Source of the DNA: an uncultured Chloroflexia bacterium
GTDB lineage: Bacteria > Chloroflexota > Anaerolineae > Anaerolineales > Anaerolineaceae
NCBI GenBank assembly: GCA_963704755.1
Contig: OY969938.1
Location: forward strand, 4,740,001 to 4,772,000
Length of the DNA: 32,000 nt
Direction of reading: 5' to 3'
Part shown: piece by piece, positions 16,174 to 24,241 of the stretch
Numbering within the stretch: the stretch's first letter is position 1
Layout: each line of letters opens with the position of its first letter
Translations under genes and position numbers: made by a program
The notes under the pieces: generated by a model
What the model saw: only the letters and a program-made list of their open reading frames with translations
Databases searched by the model: none
What the model was told of the DNA's origin: nothing

Positions 16174-17682
16174 ATGGTCAATATAAAAGAACCTACCATA
16201 CTCGTTATTTTTGGCTGCATGGGTGACCTGACCTGGCGCAAACTGGCCCCGGCTGTGTTCAACTTGCTGCTTTCCCACGAACTGCCAGAGCAGTTTGCCA
16301 TCATCGGCCTGGATAAAAAAGAACAAAAACAGGATGAGTTCAATCAGCGGCTGCGAGATGGCGCCAGCCATTTCTGTGATTGCGGGCACGTAGGCGAAGA
16401 AGATTGGACCGCGATCGCCGCGAATTTATCTTTCATTTGCGGGGAGTTCGATGGCCCCGAGATTTACGCAGAGTTAAAAAAGCAGATCCGGGAGCGGGAA
16501 TCCGATTGGAAACAGCCAGTAAACAAAATATTCTATTTAGCCACCCCGCCCGGGATCATGGAGATGATTGTCCACGGGATCGGCGCTTCGGACCTGGCGC
16601 TGGACCGCGGACGGACCCGCATCGTGGTCGAGAAGCCTTTCGGGCACGACCTTGCCTCGGCGGAAGAGTTGAATTCGATGATGGCGGGGGTGTTCGAAGA
16701 GAACCAGATTTACCGCATCGATCATTACCTGGGTAAAGAAACCGTCCAAAATATCCTCGCTTTCCGTTTCGCCAACGCCTTGTTCGAGCCCATCTGGGAC
16801 CGGCGCTACATCGATAATGTGCAAATCACGGTAGCCGAGCAAGTAGGGGTCGAGCACCGCGGAGCGTATTACGAGCACGCCGGCGCGCTGCGGGATATGA
16901 TCCAAAACCACCTGATGCAGGTTTTATGCATGATGGCCATGGAGCCCATGGTTTCCTTCGAGGCGGATGAGATCCGCAACAAGAAAGTGGATGTGTTGCG
17001 CGCCATCCGCCGGATCAACCCGGACCAGGTCCATCAAGTGGCCGTACGAGGCCAATATGGCCCCGGGCGGATCGATGGAAAAAAGGTGCCGGGCTACCGT
17101 GACGAAGCCGGGGTGGCAGCGAATTCGTCCGCCGAGACTTTCGCTGCGCTCAAGTTATTCGTGGACAACTGGCGCTGGCAAGATGTGCCCTTCTATTTAC
17201 GCACGGGCAAACGCCTGCAGGAACGTGTATCCGAAGTGATCATCCAGTTTCGGCCAGTGCCGCACCAATCTTTTCCCAATTCGGCTACTTCGACCTGGCA
17301 GCCGAATCATCTGGCGATTCACATCCAGCCGCAGGAAGGGATTGTACTGGGCTTTCAGGCCAAGCACCCGGGCGCCAGCCTGCACCTCAGCCCGGTGAAT
17401 ATGGATTTCTCTTACCAGGAGACCTTCAAAGCCAGGTCGCCGGAGGCCTACGAGACCCTGCTGGCCGATGTGATGATCGGCGACGCGACCCTTTTTATGC
17501 GTTCTGACCAGGTCGAAAATTCATGGTCGGTGATCATGCCGGTCCTGGACCATTGGGCCAGTTCCACGCCATTCGAATTTCCAAACTATGCCTCCGGTTC
17601 GTGGGGGCCGCAAGGTGCGGATGAGCTGCTGGCTCGTGACGGCCGGCGCTGGCAGCAGATCGAAACCGAAGAAAAAGAATAA
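16174..17682 (+). CDS. zwf: Glucose-6-phosphate 1-dehydrogenase
   Basis: NADP-binding motif [14 protein letters not shown], substrate motif RIDHYLGKE, and VVEKPFGHD. The start is taken as the ATG at 16174 (MVNIKEPT...). The GTG at 16132 is an alternative. Confidence 0.9.
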   Translation: MVNIKEPTILVIFGCMGDLTWRKLAPAVFNLLLSHELPEQFAIIGLDKKEQKQDEFNQRLRDGASHFCDCGHVGEEDWTAIAANLSFICGEFDGPEIYAELKKQIRERESDWKQPVNKIFYLATPPGIMEMIVHGIGASDLALDRGRTRIVVEKPFGHDLASAEELNSMMAGVFEENQIYRIDHYLGKETVQNILAFRFANALFEPIWDRRYIDNVQITVAEQVGVEHRGAYYEHAGALRDMIQNHLMQVLCMMAMEPMVSFEADEIRNKKVDVLRAIRRINPDQVHQVAVRGQYGPGRIDGKKVPGYRDEAGVAANSSAETFAALKLFVDNWRWQDVPFYLRTGKRLQERVSEVIIQFRPVPHQSFPNSATSTWQPNHLAIHIQPQEGIVLGFQAKHPGASLHLSPVNMDFSYQETFKARSPEAYETLLADVMIGDATLFMRSDQVENSWSVIMPVLDHWASSTPFEFPNYASGSWGPQGADELLARDGRRWQQIETEEKE

Positions 17683-17684
17683 TC

Positions 17685-17722
17685 GCAGCTACTCAGCCTT
17701 TCCCGTTAGGCTGAGTTGTTAC
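17685..17722. mobile_element. Possible minimal (38 bp) derivative of the repeat family, consisting of the two termini only
   Basis: GCAGCTACTCAGCC (17685-17698) and GGCTGAGTTGTTAC (17709-17722) form an 8-bp stem (ACTCAGCC/GGCTGAGT) with a 10-nt loop. The flanks are GAATAATC (17677-17684, includes the zwf stop) and CAATAATA (17723-17730), which share AATAAT. Confidence 0.4.
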
Positions 17723-17772
17723 CAATAATATATATTTGCGATAGCATCGCTATCGCAAATATATATTATTGG
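17722..17772. terminator. AT-rich 51-bp perfect palindrome between convergent zwf and the histidine kinase gene; candidate bidirectional terminator
   Basis: CCAATAATATATATTTGCGATAGC-ATC-GCTATCGCAAATATATATTATTGG, with 24-bp arms. The right arm contains the last two codons and the stop (17766-17768) of the minus-strand kinase gene. Confidence 0.5.
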
Positions 17773-19286
17773 CTGGGCAGCCAGATGGTGAAAATTGCGC
17801 CTCTCCCCTCGGCATTGGCGGCCGTTACACAGCCGCCGTAAGCCTGAGCAATCGAATACACGATCGCCAGGCCCAAACCGGTCCCAGAAGGAACGTTTTC
17901 GGCATCGCTGTCGTCGCGGGTGCGAGCCTGGTCGATGCGGTAGAAGCGCTCGAAGATATGGTCTACGTGTTCGGGGGGTATCCCTGGGCCGTTATCGCTC
18001 ACTTTCACCCAGGCGAATTTACCATTGCTGCGTTCCTGGACGCCGGTTTCGACGTTCACCCAGGCATCTTCGCCTTTGGCGTATTTGATCGCATTTTCGA
18101 CCAGGTTATTGATCATCTGGGTGAGGTAACTCCAATTGGCTTTGACGACCGCCTCGCCTAATTCTCCGGTGTGCAAATTGACCCCGTTCTGGGCAGCCAG
18201 GTAATTCAGGCGCTCCAACGAATCCAGGACCAGTTCGCTCAAATCGATTTCTTCATTGCGCAGGTTGGCCTGGCCGGAATCCATGCGGGCCAGAGTCAGC
18301 AGCTCGTTGACCAGGCGGCCCATCCACTCGTTCTCAGATTGGATCACCTGCAAGGCTTGCTCGTACTCGGCCGGGCTGCGTGGGTGTTCCAGCGCCCGGT
18401 TGGCTTCCAGCTCGATGATCGACAAAGGCGTGCGCAGTTCGTGGCTGGCATCGGCGGTAAACTGACGCTGGCGGACGAAGGCGGCTTCCAGGCGCTCCAG
18501 CATACGGTCAAAGGTAAGAGCCAGTTCGCCTAGCTCATCTTTGCGTTTGATATTCAGCCGGCGGCTTAAATCTTTCTCGCTGATATCTTCGGCCGTGTGG
18601 GTAATCAGATCGACCGGCTTCATAGCCCGGTCGGCCAGCCAGTACCCGCCGCCGAAGGCGGCCAGCAAAATAATCAAATCGATGATCCCCAGCACAACCG
18701 CCAGGGCATAGATCTGGCGGTTCGGGTCGATCGGCGCCCCCAAGATCAACAATCCACGCATCTGGTGTTCAACGGCCAGGGGAGTTACGTTGAAATAATA
18801 TTCATCGTTGCTGAGGTTTTGATCCGAATTGCCGGGATCGGTTCCGTGGTAAGCCAAGGGGTGATTGCCCCCGGAAGGCGATTGTTGCCAGGCCTTGACC
18901 ACGTTGTACAAATCCAGGTCGCTGATGTTGCCAATCTTTTGGGCGATGGTACCATCGGAGCCGACAATCGCCATGACCTGATCGCTGCCGATCAAGGGTT
19001 GGCCGTTGGTCGAAGGCACGGTCACCGCCTGGTTGGGATCGTCCGGATCGAAGGTCATGCGCAGCAGGCCTTCGTAGAACGTGGATAACTGGTTGGCCTG
19101 GGAGGAGAGCCGGGCAGCGGCCTCCGTCCGCATCAAGTGATACTGTCGATAGAAAACGGATACGCTGAAAGCGACCAGAATAACAGCCAATATCCCAACA
19201 AAATAAAGAGTCAGGCGGAAGCGGAAGCTGTGGAAGAAGCGGATGAAATTGGCCTTGGAGAAAAAAGACCGCACCCTTTTTCCCAT
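17766..19286 (-). CDS. Sensor histidine kinase (two TM segments, extracytoplasmic domain, HAMP, HisKA, HATPase_c)
   Basis: 506 aa. H-box ASHELRTPLSII, N-box NLVENAIKY, G1 DNGPGIP, G2 GTGLGLAIV. Its start codon directly abuts the stop of the upstream response regulator (TAGATG). Confidence 0.9.
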   Translation of the reverse strand: MGKRVRSFFSKANFIRFFHSFRFRLTLYFVGILAVILVAFSVSVFYRQYHLMRTEAAARLSSQANQLSTFYEGLLRMTFDPDDPNQAVTVPSTNGQPLIGSDQVMAIVGSDGTIAQKIGNISDLDLYNVVKAWQQSPSGGNHPLAYHGTDPGNSDQNLSNDEYYFNVTPLAVEHQMRGLLILGAPIDPNRQIYALAVVLGIIDLIILLAAFGGGYWLADRAMKPVDLITHTAEDISEKDLSRRLNIKRKDELGELALTFDRMLERLEAAFVRQRQFTADASHELRTPLSIIELEANRALEHPRSPAEYEQALQVIQSENEWMGRLVNELLTLARMDSGQANLRNEEIDLSELVLDSLERLNYLAAQNGVNLHTGELGEAVVKANWSYLTQMINNLVENAIKYAKGEDAWVNVETGVQERSNGKFAWVKVSDNGPGIPPEHVDHIFERFYRIDQARTRDDSDAENVPSGTGLGLAIVYSIAQAYGGCVTAANAEGRGAIFTIWLPSQ

Positions 19287-19976
19287 CTAATTTGCCTCAT
19301 TTTTTACCGGGCGAACCATACGATAACCCAGTCCACGGACGGTCTCCAGCAATTTTTGTTCAAATGGCTCGTCGATTTTGCGACGCAGCCGGCGGATGTA
19401 CACGTCGATCACGTTCGATCCGGAGACAAAATCGTAATTCCAGATATGGGTTTCGATCATCTCACGCGTGACCAGGCGGTCGGTATTGCGCATCAAATAT
19501 TCCAGCAAGGCAAATTCGCGGGTCGTCAATTCGATCATGATGTCTGCGCGTTTTACCTGGTGCGAAGCCGGGTCGAGCACCAGGTCGGCGATTTGCAGTT
19601 TCACCGATTTATCGGAAGCTTCCCGGCGCAGAAGAGCGCGTAAACGGGCACGCAGTTCGTTCATGGCGAAAGGCTTGACCAGGTAATCGTCAGCGCCACT
19701 GTCCAGGCCTTGCACGCGATCTTCTATCGCGTCCCGGGCGGTGAGCATCAGAATGGGGGTACTGACGTGCTGCCCACGCAGTTCCTTGCTGACCGCATAG
19801 CCATCCTTTTTGGGGAGCATCACGTCCAGGATGATCACATCGTAGGGGGTAACCAGGGCGTAGTCCAACGCCTCCTCACCATCGAATGTCGAATCGACGG
19901 CGTAACCATCTTCTTCCAGGGCGGTCCGCAACGAGACGTTTAGCCTGCGGTTGTCTTCAACTAACAAGATGCGCAT
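19287..19976 (-). CDS. OmpR/PhoB-family response regulator
   Basis: 229 aa. The receiver reads MRILLVEDN...DVIILDVMLPKKDG...KPF. The winged-helix output reads LTTREFALLEYLMRN...VIDVYIRRLRRKI...TVRGLGY. Confidence 0.9.
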   Translation of the reverse strand: MRILLVEDNRRLNVSLRTALEEDGYAVDSTFDGEEALDYALVTPYDVIILDVMLPKKDGYAVSKELRGQHVSTPILMLTARDAIEDRVQGLDSGADDYLVKPFAMNELRARLRALLRREASDKSVKLQIADLVLDPASHQVKRADIMIELTTREFALLEYLMRNTDRLVTREMIETHIWNYDFVSGSNVIDVYIRRLRRKIDEPFEQKLLETVRGLGYRMVRPVKNEAN

Positions 19977-20112
19977 AGAAAATTTCCTCTAAGGGTAAGT
20001 TGCGACCGGCTTGACCCATCCCAGCTTACCCTCAACCCTTATTTTTCGAATTGTTGCTTAATTTTACCCGGATTACATGAATAGCCGGTTAATCTTTTAA
20101 GGAAGAAGGGTT

Positions 20113-20223
20113 GTAACTGCTCAGCCTAAATGGGAAGATTTCCGAATTTGAGGTGTTTGCGGAGATTCACCCCCGCAAACACCTCAAATTCGGAGACTAA
20201 TTAAGAGAAGCCTGAGTAGTTTC
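20113..20223. mobile_element. Full-length (111 bp) nested-palindrome MITE-like element with a degenerate flanking repeat (GAAGGGTT / GAAGTTTT)
   Basis: Termini are GTAACTGCTCAGCC (20113-20126) and GCCTGAGTAGTTTC (20210-20223). The inner hairpin has 22-bp perfect arms at 20141-20162 and 20173-20194. The flanks at 20105-20112 and 20224-20231 match at 6 of 8 positions. Confidence 0.6.
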
Positions 20224-20226
20224 GAA

Positions 20227-20269
20227 GTTTTAGTATCTTGCCCGACAGCACCGGACAAGACACTAAAAC
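20227..20269. repeat. Imperfect hairpin (18-bp arms, 16/18 paired, 7-nt loop) directly abutting the 20113 element
   Basis: GTTTTAGTATCTTGCCCG-ACAGCAC-CGGACAAGACACTAAAAC. Confidence 0.5.
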
Positions 20270-20347
20270 ATATTATCCTGTTCATGATTTTGTCATCAAG
20301 CTAATTTATACTAAATTCAGCTTATTACGAATATTCAGGAGGTATCC

Positions 20348-20782
20348 GTGATTTCATCAACGAAAGGCCCTAGCCGTAAGCCTAATAAAACAATTCCGGC
20401 CGTATTGGCCGCTTTGGGAATGACCCTGATCGTTGGTGTCATTATCGTCGCAGTGAGTTTCAATTCACTTTTCAATCAGAATGTGACCCCGGTCCAGGCA
20501 TCCCCAAATAGTACACCGGCGGCCACCAGCACCGATACGTCAACTGCCGACCAGCAGACGATCCAACAACTGCAAAGCCTGGTTCAGCAGTACCAGACCC
20601 GTGAACAACAATACCAGACCGAGCTGCAGCAGGCTGCAACTCAGTTGAACCAGGCCAATTCCGAAGTTCAACAATACCAGATGCTGGTGAATGCCTTACA
20701 GCAAGCCGGCGTCATCCAGATCAATGCGAATGGGCAGGTATCGATCGGGCAACGAGGATTCCGGGGCGACGATGGTAATTAG
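20348..20782 (+). CDS. Hypothetical membrane-anchored Gln-rich coiled-coil protein
   Basis: GTG start with an AGGAGG Shine-Dalgarno 6 nt upstream. It has one N-terminal TM helix (IPAVLAALGMTLIVGVIIVAV), a Ser/Thr/Pro linker and then QQ-rich heptad-like repeats (QQLQSLVQQYQTREQQYQTELQQ). No family was recognised. Confidence 0.6.
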   Translation: MISSTKGPSRKPNKTIPAVLAALGMTLIVGVIIVAVSFNSLFNQNVTPVQASPNSTPAATSTDTSTADQQTIQQLQSLVQQYQTREQQYQTELQQAATQLNQANSEVQQYQMLVNALQQAGVIQINANGQVSIGQRGFRGDDGN

Positions 20783-20810
20783 CCATCGCGAACCGATAGG
20801 ATAATCAACG

Positions 20811-21107
20811 ATGAAAAAATTTACGAAGGTCCTACTTCGATTTTGGATCGCAATGACTTCGATCCTGGGGTTGATATTTGGATGGGCTGCCCTGGCGCAT
20901 TCACAAAAGCCGGTCTCCACAACCACGACCCAGGCGTCCGTCGTACAGGCTCAAAGCCTGCCATCCGCCACGCTGGCACCGGTTCCTTCTTTACAACAGT
21001 TAGCCGGTTCATCAACCACCTTTAGCAACCAGCCGTCGGTTACGATTAATAACACCGCACCGGTCAACAACTTTGTAACTACCCGCTTGCGCACCCGAGG
21101 GTCATAG
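20811..21107 (+). CDS. Hypothetical small signal-anchored/secreted Ser/Thr-rich protein
   Basis: 98 aa with a signal-like N-terminus (MKKFTKVLLRFWIAMTSILGLIFGWAALAHS). The rest is low complexity. Its stop is 1 nt before the apbE-like start. Confidence 0.45.
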   Translation: MKKFTKVLLRFWIAMTSILGLIFGWAALAHSQKPVSTTTTQASVVQAQSLPSATLAPVPSLQQLAGSSTTFSNQPSVTINNTAPVNNFVTTRLRTRGS

Positions 21108-21108
21108 A

Positions 21109-22050
21109 ATGGAATACGACGAGTTTTCCGCCATGAATACGCTCGTGCAGGTGGCAGCGGAAGGCGAACCGGAAGAAATTCAGCGAGGGTTTGCTGAAGT
21201 TCGCTCCTACGTAGCCGAGGCGGAACAGCGCTTCTCGCGTTTCCGCCCCACCAGTGAGCTATCCCAACTGAACCTTTCGGCGGGAAGCTGGTTCCAGGCC
21301 TCGAAGGATATGCTGGCACTTTTACACGAAGCAATCGAAATGTACTCGCTCACAGATGGTTTCTTCAACCCTTCGATCTTGGGAGCATTGAAGATGATCG
21401 GCTATGACCGCAGTATGGACGAAATCCGCAAAATCGAGCGGCTGCCCGGACTGAACGATTACACCTGGGTATCGCCGCCTTTCGAAGAGATCATCCTGGA
21501 CGATCAGAATAGCAGGGTTTTTCTACCTCAAGGTGTGCAAATCGACCTGGGCGGGATCGGCAAGGGCTGGATCGCAGAGCAGGCTGCGCAAAGGCTTGCG
21601 AAATACGCACCGGCCTGCGCGGTTAGCGCCGGCGGCGATATGGCCATGCTGGGACTGCCGGCCGGTGAGAATCACTGGCAGGTCACCCTGGAAGACCCGC
21701 GCGACGTGGAGCGAGACCTGGCAGTGTTCAGGATCGGCCCCGGCGCTTTGGCCACCTCCACGGTGACGCGGCGGCACTGGATACAGGGCGACGAGGAGCG
21801 CAACCATATCATCGATCCACGCGCCGGCTTATCCGTCCAGTCGGAATGGCTGAGTGTAAGTGTATTCGCACCTCGGGCTTCACAGGCCGAGGCTTTCGCT
21901 AAAGCGATTTTGATCGCCGGTCCACAGCAAGGTACGCAACTTGCATCGCGCATAGCCGGTTTATCCTTCGTGGCCGTCGAACCGGACGGGAGTTTATGGG
22001 GTCCGGCCCAAAGTAAGGAGATTATCGATGTCCCAGAATACGTCCATTAA
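21109..22050 (+). CDS. apbE: FAD:protein FMN transferase (ApbE family)
   Basis: 313 aa. It has the ApbE-typical blocks AMNTLVQV, RFSRFRPTSELSQLN, DLGGIGKGW, AVSAGGD and HIIDPRAG. No signal peptide is evident. Confidence 0.8.
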   Translation: MEYDEFSAMNTLVQVAAEGEPEEIQRGFAEVRSYVAEAEQRFSRFRPTSELSQLNLSAGSWFQASKDMLALLHEAIEMYSLTDGFFNPSILGALKMIGYDRSMDEIRKIERLPGLNDYTWVSPPFEEIILDDQNSRVFLPQGVQIDLGGIGKGWIAEQAAQRLAKYAPACAVSAGGDMAMLGLPAGENHWQVTLEDPRDVERDLAVFRIGPGALATSTVTRRHWIQGDEERNHIIDPRAGLSVQSEWLSVSVFAPRASQAEAFAKAILIAGPQQGTQLASRIAGLSFVAVEPDGSLWGPAQSKEIIDVPEYVH

Positions 22051-22807
22051 CCGCCGCACCCAAAGCCGTTCCGGGGATATTCCTTGGGGCTGGATCATTT
22101 TATCTGTGGCGATCTTTGCCGGCGGCACAGCCGCTCTGTATATTTCCTCCCCGCAAGGGGCGTCCATCCGCCAATCGCTGGACTGGCTGTTCGGGTTCTC
22201 GACCATCAACACTACCTGGTACCTGACCCGTATCGCCGGTATCATTGCTTATTTACTTTTATGGATCTCTGTGGCCTGGGGAATTGCCATCCCGGCTAAA
22301 TTCTTTGACAAAGTGATCCACCGCAGCGTGACCTTCGAGTTCCACCAATTCATCTCATTATTATCGTTGGGATTCCTGGCGCTGCACATGTTGGTCCTGC
22401 TGGCCGATCAGTATGTACCGTATAGCGTTGCGCAGTTGTTGGTTCCTTTTATTTCGCCCTACCGGCCGGTGTGGGTAGGGATTGGCGTGATCGCTTTTTA
22501 CTTGTTGGTGTTGGTGACGGGTACGTTTTACATTCGCCAAAAAATCGGAATGAAAACCTTCCGTTACATTCATTACACCAGTCTGCTGGCTTACCTGGGC
22601 GCAACTGTTCACGGAATTTATTCCGGTACAGATACCCCCTTAACCATGGTGATGTTCATGTACGCCGGAACATTCCTGGTAGTCATTTTCCTGTTCACGT
22701 TTTGGATCGTTTCGATTTACAACGAGAAAAAAGCCAAAGCCGTTGTGGCTCCTGCGCCGGTGCCCTTCAAACCTATCCAGCTAAGGGGCGGGCGGGCCAG
22801 GCGCTGA
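22028..22807 (+). CDS. Ferric-reductase-like transmembrane (di-heme, MsrQ/FRD-type) domain protein
   Basis: 259 aa with about six TM helices and paired histidines in helices (FEFHQFISLLSLGFLALHMLVLL and YIHYTSLLAYLGATVHGIY). It overlaps the apbE-like stop by 23 nt. Confidence 0.7.
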   Translation: MSQNTSINRRTQSRSGDIPWGWIILSVAIFAGGTAALYISSPQGASIRQSLDWLFGFSTINTTWYLTRIAGIIAYLLLWISVAWGIAIPAKFFDKVIHRSVTFEFHQFISLLSLGFLALHMLVLLADQYVPYSVAQLLVPFISPYRPVWVGIGVIAFYLLVLVTGTFYIRQKIGMKTFRYIHYTSLLAYLGATVHGIYSGTDTPLTMVMFMYAGTFLVVIFLFTFWIVSIYNEKKAKAVVAPAPVPFKPIQLRGGRARR

Positions 22808-22874
22808 ACGGCAATCTTCTCTCCCTCCAAGGAATGCCTTGCCCGTGGTGGTCCTCCGCCGCGGGCATTGCATT

Positions 22875-23516
22875 TTAAAGCCCTACGGCAGGCAGGTACA
22901 CTCCATCAAACTGCCCGCCGAGCATCCCGGCTTCATAGGAACGCCGGTCCACCCGTGAAAGCTGGGAGACCGTCTGCGGATCGATCAGGGGCAGGGATTT
23001 CCGTTTACAGAACCTGGTGATGATTTTATCGATGCCGGCCGGTTGTGTGGGCCAGTCGAAGCGGTCGAATTGGCTCAGGTCCAGGGGGATGGTGTATCTG
23101 CGTAGGGTCTTTTCGCCGTTGATATTGTAGAACCCTTCGAAATAGGACATGGCCAACTCGCGCAGCGAGCGGTAAACTGGCTCACGGAAACGCAGCCCGG
23201 CAAAATTCGACTTGGCAATTGCGCCGTAGCAGCGATTGACCTTGTAGATGGCCAGGGTATGGTCTTCATCCAGTGCAGGATCGGGGACGAGGTCGACCAG
23301 GTGAGGGCTAAAACCGGACTGGCTCAGTGCCAGAGCGGCAAAAATAGCCCCATCCTGGCAATAACACTGGCGATCCTTCAGAATTTGTAGGGGGGTGCGG
23401 TTCAGTTCTTCGCCTACGTAAGGGAGGCTGTCGAGGAACTGCTGAATGCGATAAGGCGTATCCAGCCCGGTAAAGAGCCGGCGGTCTTCATCTGATAATG
23501 CTTCAAGAAATCCCAT
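22875..23516 (-). CDS. Transglutaminase-like / papain-fold superfamily protein (function uncertain)
   Basis: Taken from the ATG at 23516 (214 aa, MGFLEALSDEDRR...). It has a candidate Cys...His pair (RQCYCQDGAIFAALAL ... DEDHTLAIYK) in transglutaminase-core spacing. The ORF-track N-terminal extension (to 23690) merely translates the intergenic repeats. Confidence 0.55.
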   Translation of the reverse strand: MGFLEALSDEDRRLFTGLDTPYRIQQFLDSLPYVGEELNRTPLQILKDRQCYCQDGAIFAALALSQSGFSPHLVDLVPDPALDEDHTLAIYKVNRCYGAIAKSNFAGLRFREPVYRSLRELAMSYFEGFYNINGEKTLRRYTIPLDLSQFDRFDWPTQPAGIDKIITRFCKRKSLPLIDPQTVSQLSRVDRRSYEAGMLGGQFDGVYLPAVGL

Positions 23517-23583
23517 GGCGGTCCTCCGTTTTGAGTATATCACGGCTTCTGTGGGTGGAGGAATGCACCAGGAAGAAGATAAA

Positions 23584-23655
23584 AACCACGGAGGCACGGA
23601 GTGCACGGAGAAGAAGGAAGCGTTCAACCACGGAGGCACGGAGCGCACGGAGAAA
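23584..23655. repeat. Two direct copies of a 30-bp unit (AACCACGGAGGCACGGAG[T/C]GCACGGAGAA) with a 42-bp period
   Basis: Copies at 23584-23613 and 23626-23655 match at 29/30 positions. A degenerate inverted copy lies at 23727-23754 (TTCTCTGTGAACTCTGTGTTCTATAGTT), and CTGTGGGTT recurs at about 23793. Confidence 0.7.
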
Positions 23656-24241
23656 AGAAAGAAAAAAAAACGAGAAGAAAAATATGCCATCTATTTTTTA
23701 TAGCAGTTACTTTTCTTCTTTTTCTTTTCTCTGTGAACTCTGTGTTCTATAGTTTTCTTTCTTGACAATTTTCACAGTTGTTCTGTGGGTTTTCCTCTTG
23801 AGAGCCGCTCGTATGTCGCCGTTTCATTCATTTCACCTTAACCCGCAACTATCAATATAGACCGGTGTTACTACGTTCAGGAATTTCCCTGGTTCGAATT
23901 ATAGGGGGATTCCAGCTAACGAAGAATACTGGTAACTTTGGCGGCCTGCGCGGGAAAGCGCTTTTTATGGCGGCCGAACCGTTACAAACGAATTCGGAAA
24001 TTTCGACAAAAATGCTGAAGCTGCGTCGCCAGTCCTGGGTCACTGGCGCTGATAGCGCAGATTCATCTGCCGGGTGAGCGAGCAATTGTTTTTTACCGAA
24101 AAACAAATCTTCCCTCTGCCTGGAATTGCCTAAAGACCAATGTAAATTTTCCGTGTTTGCGGGGAGCGGAAAAATGGTCAAATGCAGCATTTTTCTAATG
24201 AAAGAAGAAAAACATCCCTTGAATATCAGAGGAGTTTGAAT

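Noticed and set aside
23584-23655. Possible miniature CRISPR array
   Set aside because: There are only two repeat copies separated by a 12-bp spacer, no cas genes, and a third copy that is inverted and degenerate. It is a dispersed or tandem intergenic repeat, not a CRISPR array.
23517-23690. N-terminal extension of ORF 22875..23690 (MAYFSSRFFFFLFSVRSVPPWLNASFFSVHSVPPWF...)
   Set aside because: It is simply the translation of the 30-bp direct repeats and the A/G-rich tract. The globular protein starts at the Met encoded at 23516.
23852-24190. 112-aa minus-strand ORF and 70-aa plus-strand ORF (23865..24077) upstream of the synthase
   Set aside because: They lie in an AT-rich region, are mutually overlapping, and have no ribosome-binding sites or domain signatures. 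They are most likely non-coding leader sequence.
24182-24241. The upstream ATG at 24182 as the synthase start (MQHFSNERRKTSLEYQRSLN extension)
   Set aside because: The ATG at 24242 is preceded by GAGGAG at ideal spacing, and the KS homology starts right there ([13 protein letters not shown]). The extension has no supporting signal.
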